This document shows positions 22,872 through 33,400 of a stretch of DNA of 64,000 bases, one piece after another. Origin of the DNA: Saccostrea cucullata (taxonomy: Eukaryota); assembly GCF_032062105.1 (NCBI RefSeq), contig NW_026937312.1, forward strand, positions 372,001 through 436,000, read 5' to 3'. Within the stretch, counting starts at the first letter, position 1, and each line of letters opens with the position of its first letter. Made by a program: the position numbers and the translations under genes. The notes beneath the pieces are model-generated. The model did no database searches and was not told where the DNA came from. It saw nothing but the letters and a program-made list of their open reading frames with translations.

Positions 22872-24429
22872 GGGGTGGGGTGGGGTGAAGTCTGTGTGTA
22901 CTGCTACATATACTTATAGAGATCAATGTGTCTCAAATGTCGTAGATCACGTAGCTAACAATACTAGTACTAGTAGTAGAATATACCAACAGAGCATGCG
23001 TATCTTTTCTATTGTTAGTACTTTCATACTGACAAACTATAAAAATTTTTGACCTGTGTATTATCAAAATCACAAAGAGCCCACTAAACTTTTTTTGTTT
23101 TTTACGTTATTTATGCATTTTCTTTAGTACATGTCTATTTTTTTGGGGGGGGGGGATATAAAGAAAGAATATGTATCAGTATGTTTACGCCATATAGATC
23201 ATCATATAATGTCATATGTTACATGTGAATCACAATGAACAGAAGAAAAAACTGTTTTTCTTCGCCACATTCATTTTCCTCAGACGTGTATATACAAAAA
23301 CAAAAGAAGATCGTGCTCCGCACGTAAACCATGTACACAATGCAAACACGTTGACCTCTCAAAGTGATTAAGGTTATATTCAAAACAGAGCAAACGTGCG
23401 CCAAAATATCAGGCAAATGTACATTTAGCCGACTACTGCTGTGAGAAATGTGCTAAATACGACCCAGAATTTCAAATTGAATGTTTGTATTATGTTAAAT
23501 CAATCGTCGATCGTTAAAAAAATAAATAAATGACGACATTTGTCTGCATGCGCTAATAATTCAAAGAATTTTATTTTAAGGCACTTAAAGTATTATACTG
23601 TACTAAAATCATGCCAAGTCACCGACTGTCGTAAACAAGTTTTTGGAATGTTACGTTTCCTTGAAATAATATAAACCAATGGGAAAGCTTTTTAAATTAT
23701 ATACATGTATCATGAACTGGAAAGCATTCTTAATTGCCGTTAAAAGTAAATTGTCAATGTATTAAAATTATATTTCATGGAATATTCAAGCATTGCTAGA
23801 CTGATAATAAACTCCTTAAAAATATTCTATACATGTGGTATTTTTGTTATCTCTTAAAAGTTCGCGTTTTCATTTTTTAAATTATAACTTTCTAACGGTT
23901 TTCACGTGTTTCTTAAATTGACATATTTCTTGAAGATTTATTTCCACAGATATGGAAAAATTACTAACAAAACTATTGTTGTCTTCATTTTCATTAAAAA
24001 AAAAAATTGTTACAAAACATATGACTTCTTGACATGTTTTATTAGACATTTATACTGTGTATTGCTTAACAGCAGATTAAAAGCTCTAAAAATTTCTTAA
24101 TTGCAGATATAACCGTTTTCAAGTTTTCCCTGAAAAAAATAATATTAAAAATTGTTTTATTAAGAAAATGAATTAAATCAGCATTTAATTAAGAATTGCG
24201 TCAATCTTTGAAAATCCCTTACAGCTTATGGCGACATTGGACTTGCCAAAAGTTCAATTAGTTGTTTCAGTGAAGATAGCGAGATGGTTAAAATAATGTT
24301 CATTCTGGGTGCTTAATTAAAGTGAATTGGGATTAGTAAGTGTCCATGGTTGAGCAAATTGAAACGAAAGATCGCCTTGCCATAGTTATAAAAAGAGAAA
24401 TACAATGTACTGTATTTAGGGTACTCCCC

Positions 24430-24517
24430 ACAGGCACTTGTTTCGGAACTATTTTTTTTTAACCCATAGTATAATAATACTATGGGTTAAAAAATTATTT
24501 CCGAAACAATTGCCTGT
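24430..24517. repeat. Near-perfect palindrome of about 88 bp (hairpin)
   Basis: ACAGGCACTTGTTTCGGAA...AACCCATAGTAT-AATA-ATACTATGGGTT...TTCCGAAACAATTGCCTGT. Confidence 0.85.
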
Positions 24518-26544
24518 AGTATTAATTCCCCTGAAATATTGGTTTTAAAAGATTATACGACAAATTGAAAATACTAATTCAAATTCCATATCAATTTGAT
24601 ACACGACATATTCAAGACAAGAGGGGTCGTAAGTAAGTCACGAACAAAAAAAAATCTAATCCACCCATCCTATTGACGAAATTGGTAAGGAATCTGAACA
24701 CTTCGCTACGGGTTGATACTTTACAAAAGAATAGTCACTAAAACCCAATTCAATTTCATCTATTGAAATTATTCAATTATAGCTTGCAAATTTTTTGTAA
24801 CCTCGTACATCAATACCACTGGAAAATGTATAATTTATCTTTTGCGATACTTAATTCTTAACTATAAATTCAAGTTTCAACCTTAATTATAATTCTTTAA
24901 GTATATACACATGTATATGGTTTATGAAATTTAAACCACCTACAGGCCTTTTAGCAGATTAAATCTAAAACATTGACTTAATCTATAAAGCTGACCGAAT
25001 TCTGGTTTGACCTAGATTTTATTATGGTCAGTAGGAGGTAAACAAGAACACACACCTGATCAGCAGGTAAAAAGTGGACAACAAAATCCTTTACAAATGA
25101 GTCTACGGTCCTCATCCCGCAGGTCACTACAAAAAATTTCCATGACAGGTTAAGGTGGTATACATGTACATGTATACATTTAATTGTCCGAAAAGGGATT
25201 AGACAATAGTTGTCATGATTTAAATTTACACTTCTAACTTAAGTGTAAGTTGTCTTTATAGACATCTTATTCGTTAATTGATTTAAATAGGTTTTGGAGG
25301 ACGTGATCCCGCTACAGAAGGGAGAAACATATTTTGGAGATATGTATACCAAGGTTGGGAGGTTAAAAAGATGCAGGGGAGATGCAGTCCTGAGCGACCA
25401 GTCAGGGCAGGGGCCCACAACCACACCAACATTGGATTTTTAAATCTTATGTATATTTAGGACACAAGAAGGGGGAGGGGGTGCTTGGCCCCTCTAAATC
25501 TACCTGTGAGATGAGCGTGTTAAGGGGAGGAATGGAACAGGAGGGTGAAGAAAAAGAGGCAGGACTTTGTGAAACTTGAAATGGGACTGGGAAAGGGGGG
25601 TTTGGAACATCTTTCAAATCAACACTTTTATATTAGGATCACATACGCACTCACTGCATGAAACAAAACAAGATTTATTGTTAAAACATTACAATTTGTC
25701 TCCCAGTCTTAGTTTAATGCTGTTTTATAAATTCTTTCATCTCACACAACCAAAATTTAGAAATTCAAAATCATTTAAAAATATTTCTTCTTTATACATG
25801 TATAATAAGATTTATATAAAATTGATTTCATTACGTTAAATCGACCTGAAAACAAAAGGAATAATTTGCTCCAAGTTTTAGCTGTTTATGAATTAAATGG
25901 ACAATGGTCACTCAGTGCTCTTTAGCAGATGAGAATAGTGTAAATATTTTGATTATAGAAACCCGTCGGAATTCGGACAAGGTCAGAGGATGGTTCCTGC
26001 GACTGGTAAACAAGTCTAAATCACCTCACCGTAATCTGCAGGGCTGAAAGTATTAACACACTTGAAATACGATCCCCATGTCTAGATTTATTTTTAAAAA
26101 TGTCAACAAAGAGATAACCTTACTTGCGAACTAACCAGTAAATGTCAAGTTCTTTTCCATTGTTGGTCAAAGGGACAAAACTCGTAATAACGTTTCTTAT
26201 AGCAAGAAATAAATCGTATACAACTTTGTATTTCATTAATACATCACATAATAATACATCACATTAACCTTAGGAATTAAATAGATTGAATGAAACAATC
26301 GATACCTCAAGAACACTTTCGAAATCGACCAGAACACATTCTAAACGAATATTGTCTCTCAGAGTTGAATATCCCATGTGGAGCCCCAGTGACGAAATGC
26401 ATAATTGTTATTTTCGGAAGCATTCAGCAACAAAATTTATTATATCTTTCTTTATTCGCCATTAAACCTGCCTAAAAACCACTATGCCTCAAATTAAAAC
26501 TTTCATTTCTCTAAAAGATCATGGATCTTGGTCATTCTTGCGTT

Positions 26545-26670
26545 TATAATAATGGCGACCTGCATCGTTAGTTATTCGAGCATTGACTTCCGGTAAAAGT
26601 GGTTACGGGAACGTGAAGAAAATGGCGCCCAAACATTCCAGTTATGTGTTGCAGAAATATTGTGGTATGC
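26545..26670 (+). promoter_or_regulatory. Housekeeping-type promoter and first exon, probably of the 1750-aa gene
   Basis: Two YY1-type AATGGCG motifs (about 26551 and 26621), an ETS site ACTTCCGG (about 26586-26593), and a donor G|GTATGC at 26664/26665. An acceptor at 30414-30415 precedes the large ORF. Confidence 0.55.
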
Positions 26671-27104
26671 ATCAATGTTAGCACGTTTTTGATCTTTTTG
26701 TATATATTATTTTTTTTTCATATGTTAATATATCTTATCAAACAGAAGTATGAGCTACTTGCTGCGTTGCATACAAAGAAAAAGTGAAATTGAAGACTTA
26801 TGATTGATGTCTATATATATGGTATTCATTTGTATTTTGCCTGCTCAGTTTTGGCAAGAAGACGTGACATATTAATATTTAGAGAAAATGTTATAATGAT
26901 GTAATATGTTGAAAATATGCAAAAGTAAGAAATGACAGTCTAATGAAAAATGTCACTGACTTAACTGTTAATTATGTAAACTGGTAAATATAACTTGATT
27001 GAATGTTAGTACATGTAAGTTGACACTGCTAAAGATGAAATTTAGGAGCTGATAAACATTGATAAATTTCAGTCTTTTATATATAAAATAAAAAGCTATT
27101 GTTA

Positions 27105-27632
27105 GCATATAGGACACAGTCGAGGTACAAGATCATTGATCTTGATGTCGTGTGAAAGGGCTTAATTAGTGGAGTATGCATGCCAAATATTAAGTCTCTA
27201 TCTTTCTTCATTCAAAAGTTATGGCGAAGGTTAAAGTTTGCCGACAAGGCTATATTTAGGGTATAGGTCACAGTCAAGGTCACAGGTCATTGACTGTGGT
27301 TTTAATTAAAAGAGTTTAATCAGTGGTGTTTGCATACCAAATATGAAGTCTTTATCTTTTGTGGTTCGAAAGTTATGGCAAAGGTTAAATTTTGCAGAAA
27401 AAACTATTTTTAGTATATAGGTCACAGTCAAGGTCACAAGGTCATTGACGTTGGTGTCATTTGAAAGTGCTTAATTAGTGGAGTATGCATACCAAATATG
27501 AAGTGTCTTTCATTCATGGTTCAAAAGTTATGGCGAAGGTTAAAGTTTTCAGACAAACAGATTAACAGAAAAACAGACAGACAGGACAAAAACAATATAT
27601 GCCTCGGATCTTTCGATCTGGGCGCATAAAAA
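27105..27632 (-). mobile_element. Non-autonomous Helentron/HINE-like element with three 154-bp core repeats
   Basis: Units start at about 27108, 27262 and 27416 (GGTCACAGTCAAGGTCA...AAAGTTATGGCGAAGGTTAAAGTT). Followed by an (ACAG)n microsatellite, a hairpin and a GCATAAAAA terminus, as in bivalve HINEs. Confidence 0.75.
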
Positions 27633-27807
27633 TTAACAATTTCGTTAAATTATTTACATAATATATCTACCCATATCTTCTATCAAATATGATCAGATGA
27701 CGCTTATACCTGATTTTTAACTTTTTATATAAAATAAAATAAAATATTTCAATATAGAGGATCACTCATCAATATTTTCTACCTTGGGAGGGAAAAGGGC
27801 AGATCTG

Positions 27808-27957
27808 GCCCCAAGACCATAAACTGAGAACAGACTTAAGTCAAAATCTAAAACCAGTACAACTTTGGAAATAACATAATTGACAATGAAACAAAATTCG
27901 AGATATTAAAAATCAAAATTTTGACTTAAGTCTATTCTCATTTTATGGTCTTGGGGC
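27808..27957. mobile_element. 150-bp PIF/Harbinger-like MITE
   Basis: TIRs of about 40 bp (GCCCCAAGACCATAAA...GACTTAAGTCAAAAT) and a 3-bp CTG target-site duplication on both sides. Confidence 0.75.
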
Positions 27958-28169
27958 CTGATCTTTTTGCTGAAATTTTTATTTTTACATTGATTTATAA
28001 CACAGTGACAAAACTGTCTGAAATAAAAAAAAAATCATTAAATTTTTTAAAAATCTAGACAAAATATAAGAAAAGTGCATGTATCTACAATTAGTGAGTA
28101 TTTCCATTGGGAAATTTCTTTTCTTACCGTTTGGTGTCTTCAATAACATTTGAATTAATATTTTATATC

Positions 28170-29780
28170 ATTATACCCCCCCACTTGAAAAGCGGGAGGG
28201 TATATAGTAATCGGTATGTCCGTCCGTCTGCCTATCTGTTACGCTTTGGGGTACCCATCTCTTATCCGCAACGCCTCTTATACCACTGAGTGAAATTTAA
28301 TGAAACTTTCACAGAATCTTTATTACATATTGCCATTGTGCACCTCCTATTTTACTTTTTGACTAGACACACATTTTGGGTTTCCCGGCCACAGCAAAAC
28401 ATGGACTTTGCCATTATAATCATATGGGAGGCGGGGTATCATTTAATGAGCTCATTGCTCACAATACCTCTAGTTATTTACTGCACTGCATCGGGATACA
28501 ACAAAGCGTAACAGACGGATGGACGGACAAACCGATTACAGTATACCCTCCCACTTTTCAAGCGGGGGGTATAATCAGAAGACAGTTACAAGGCCGATAT
28601 TTACATGTGTAGAAAATTATAAATTGCAACTACTACATTTTGAATCAAATATTTTTAAAAAATAAATATTTAATTCGCTGACAATTTATTATAACCCCCA
28701 CTTGAAAAGCGGGAGGGTATATAGTAATCGGTGTGTCCGTCCGTCCATCCGTCTGTACGTCCGTCTGTGACGCTTTGGAATACCCATCTCTTATCCGCAA
28801 CTCCTCTTAAACCACCGAGTGAAATTTAATGAAACTTTCACAGAATCTTTATTACATATTGCCATTGTGCACCTACTATTTAACTTTTTGATCTGACACA
28901 TATTTTGGGTTTCCCGGCCACAGCAAAACATGGACTTTGCCATTATAACCATACAGGAAGCGGGGGGTATCATTTAGTGAGCTCATCGCTCACAGTACCT
29001 CTAGTTCACATTCAAATTGATTTTCTTGTTAGTAAATAAAAAGTCGATGTTTTTAAAAAAGAAGAGGAAATACGTAGGCATATAAATTGCTCTCAAACCG
29101 CAATAGAATAAGAAAGAAAGAACCATTGTTCTAATTGTGAATGTACTCTGAAATACACGTCCACTAATTAATAAGCATACATTTAATTCTAAATCAGAAG
29201 ACAGTTACAAGGCCGACATTTATATGTGTAGAAAATTATAAATTGCATCTACTACATTTTGAATCAAATATTTAAAAAAAATTATATTTAATATTTAATT
29301 CGCTGACAATTTATTATACCATCCACTTGAAAAGCGGGAGGGTATATAGTAATCGGTGTGTCAGTTCCAGAGTTTTATGTCTGTGAGGAATATATTAAAC
29401 ATGCAACTCCATAAACCACCAGTGAAATTTAATGAAACTTTTAGATTAATTTTAACAATATACACTGTGTTTATATATCATTTTTAGTATTTTTACTTTT
29501 AAAAAAAAAACATGGACTTTGCCATTATAACCATATGGGAGGCGGGGGTATCATTTTATAATGTTGAGCTTATTACTCACAATGCGTTTAGTTTTTTCCT
29601 CCCCTTTTTTACATTAAAATTGATTTTCTTGTTAGTAAACAAGAAGTCTATGTTTTAAAAAAAGATGATGAAATACGTATATTTATAAATATCTCTCAAA
29701 CCGCAATAGAATAAGAAAGAAAGAACCATTGTTCTAATTGTGAATGTACTCTGAAATACACGTCCACTAATTAATAAGCT
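28170..29780 (+). mobile_element. Cluster of HINE-like elements (about 28170-28474, 28688-29006, 29313-29593, plus an inverted 5' fragment at about 28500-28574), partly within a tandem duplication of about 620 bp
   Basis: Repeated 5' TTATACCCCC..CACTTGAAAAGCGGGAGGGTATA, a (GTCC)n microsatellite and 3' GGCGGGGTATC...CTCTAGTT. Flanks 28575-29177 are duplicated at 29193-29780. Confidence 0.75.
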
Positions 29781-30443
29781 CAATCTTAGATAATGTACCT
29801 GTATAAAATGTGTTAGTTGAGGTTTACTTTTGAATTGATAGAAAAAAAAGAAATGCATTTCCGCAGCGTTAACAATTGAGCGAATCTGTTTTTGTAAGTT
29901 GCAGAGTTTTATGTCCAGGAATATATTAAACATATCCATGTAATATATTTTGTTAATTGTATCGATTAATTGTTTAGAATATACACTATGTTTATATATA
30001 ATTTTTAGTTTTTACTTTAAAAAATATATATATTTAGAAGACTTAAATATAAGAATCCTTTTTGTATTCATTTTTAAGAACTGCGACCTCTCATATTAGT
30101 TCAAAAATTAATTAATTCCCCTTTTAAGAAAAGTAGGAAATCGCTCTAACCAATCAAATTAGTTGAATAAAAGCCAAATATGACAGTTCGTAATATCAAA
30201 TATTTTTTATAGGTCTTTACTCTTTAGAAAATTACAGGTTCAGGGCCATAAAACTTATGATGAGCTCACTTTTGATTTCTGTTTCAATTTTACAAAAGGA
30301 ATATATAATGGGAATGTGAGGTTGAAATCAAATGTTTATACCCCGGAGCCTGTAAAAAATCATGACACATAGAATAAGCAAAGAAAACACTAAATATCAC
30401 TTCTCTTTTTTTCAGTTTTATAATGGTTTAGTTGGAAAGAAGC

Positions 30444-33400
30444 ATGGATGCAAAAGGATTAACTGGCAAAGAACAAAGTGTAAATGATGACCCACCGAAT
30501 TATAGCTTCAGCGAAAAACTTCCAAATAGTGACGTCATGAAAGAGCTTCCACAAAATGACTCCATGAAAAGTCCCGGATCTTTGGAACAGCATGAAAAAT
30601 TCCGTGAGTGCTGTCAAGTTGTTGATGTATGCAATGACGCTGATGATACTGCAGAACGGCTCCAACGCAGTCGCGAAGATTCAGTTGTAATCGGTCTCGA
30701 TTCAAATTCTACTAAGCTAAGTGGAGGTAGAAATGAAAGAGAGTTGTTATCTGAAACATTGTCAAATTTTCCTCAAGATGAAGGTTACTTAAAAGCCCCT
30801 CAGGATGTCGAAGTTGCATTTCCTACAAGTAAAAACCAAGATCTCCACGATGGATTTAATTCTAATGATTTAACTTTAAAACAATTTGAAAAGGTAGATA
30901 AAGAAATAGATGCTGAGAAAACTCAATCAAAAGATAGCGAGGTTTTATGTCCAGAGAATAGGAATGAACTAGGCTCTAGTTTTGAAGATAAAAGTGATGT
31001 CTTCCAAATAAAGAATTTAAACAGTTGTAAGAAAATTGAGTCAATACCTTTCACTGAAGAAATCGATGTCGTAAGAACTTTACCAGGATCAGTGCAATTG
31101 TGTCAAACCGTCAACAGGGAAGGTAAAAATAAGCCGCTCATCGCTCCACGTGAAAACGTAATATTATTTAGTGAAGCTTTCGAAAAGGGGGAAGATTTGG
31201 CACAGAAAAACGAATCAACCGACAATGCATGTTATGAACTCGATGGAAGCGAAAGTAGTGTAAGATCTATCGAAAGTAAATCCAGATCGCAAGAAGATGT
31301 CGGCGAAAGGGGGACAGGATCAGTGCAATTGTGTCAAACTGTCAACAGGGAAGGTAAAAATAAACCACCCAGCGCTCCATATGAAAACGTAATATTATTT
31401 TGTGAAGCTTTCGAAAAGGGGGAAGATTTGGCACGGAAAAACAAATCAATCGAAGACGAAGTAGGCAGTAAAAAAAGTGTAAATGACAATGTTGAACTTT
31501 TGACAAAACAGGTTTCAAACACAGAATACAAAGACAATAAAGAACAAGACAATGGCAATTCAAAATTCCTCGATCCTATCGTTGACGGAAAGATTCTCAA
31601 TGATACTTTAAATAAAACAGAAACACAGTTGCAGCAGATTGATAACACTGTAAAACTTGATCATTCTCAGTCACAGGAAGTTTCCACAACAGAAGACAAC
31701 AAGGATAATAATGAGATAGTAGAACAAAATATAGACAAAAGCTTGGTGGAATTAAAGGATAGCAATAGTCCCAGGTTTGAATCGTGTGAAGTATTGACTT
31801 TAGAGATTGATAGGAAAGACCTGAAAGTTGAAGGTTCGTCGCTGTACCAATCTGATGAAGTGTTCATGAATAGCAGTGCGACGGTTTCAGATCTGTTAAG
31901 TGTTACAACCAAGGAGGAAAGGCTCAGGGAGCTTTCTTACAATGCGTGTTATGAACTCGATGGAAACGAATGTAGTGAAAGATCTAGAGAAAGTAAACCC
32001 AGGTTGCAAGAAGACGTTGGTGAAAGAGAGACAGAAACCGTTCCAAAAATCTTAGCTGAGACCAGCGGCACATCTAATGTATTTCTCACAAATACCAGTA
32101 TAATTGGTAATAATCATGAAGTAGAAGGTTTAGAAAAAAACTCAATGGAAGTTGACGATTCTACTTGTCCAAAATTTGAATGTGAAGAGACAAATTTGGC
32201 ACAAGATAAGAAAAACCTGAATGATGAACATCAGCCGCAGTACCAATCTGATGATGTGAATTTGAAGAGCAGAGCCAAGGTTTCAGACACATTAAGCACT
32301 CCAGCCATTGAGGATAGTTTCAAGGAGCATTCTTATTGTGCCAGTTTTGAATCTGGTGGAAACACCGTGCCTAGATTTACGTGCATCAGTGACGGATCTC
32401 GTGAAACTTATTCCAGTTCGGAGGAAGAAACGATTGATAAAATAGAGACAGATGCCGTACCAAAAATCATAGCTAAAATCAGCGGCATGTCTAATGTTTC
32501 CCACACAAATGGTAGTGCTAACAAGAACCATGACAACACTGAAACATTATTTTCTGAATTTTCAGAGGGAGATCTTGATTTTACGATTGAAATCAATAAA
32601 GAATTTGAAATAAGTGAGGTAAACTGTCCAAACAGTGAACTCTTACAAAAGTTTAACACAAGTCAAAACGAGAAAATGCCTACTTCTCATTCATTAGAGA
32701 CGCTTAACACTAATCCAGTACAACCTGTGGAATGCTTTCCAAATTTATCGTCAGTGGAGTTTCGAAGGGATCAAATATTTCACGACCACAGATACAGTCT
32801 GATAAGTAAAGAGACCATAGCGGTCATAGCGCATGACCATACTTATAGTATCGATGCTTACACCAACGATTGTCTAAATCCTAGATCAAATCTGACTGTT
32901 CACACGAAAGTGGGACCAATTATAATACACAAGGCCCCGGAACCTGTGGACAAAAGAAATGATACTTACACGAAGGAGGAACCAATTAGAATACACAAGG
33001 CCCTGGAAACTGTGGACAAAAGAAATGATACTCACACAATGGAGGGACCAATTTTGATATACAAAACGCCGGAATCTGTGTACAAAAGACATAATACTCA
33101 CACGATAGAGGGGCCCATTAGAATGTACAAGGCACCGGACACTGTGGAGAAAAGAAATGATACTCATGTTGTGATCCACAGGCAAACCGAAATAAATGAA
33201 AAATTTCATACGCAACCCAAGCCGCAGACAACAAATCCTGGACCTTTGGTTGTGTACAATCCAAAGACCACACGGAGAGACCTTGATAAAGCTACGACCC
33301 CTTCATTTTTCGCTCAGACTGAAGCAAACAAAGAAAAATTATTTTTAAAAACAAAAACTGGAATTTTGTCGGTACAGACAGTCCTCCACCGTGCGGAGAC

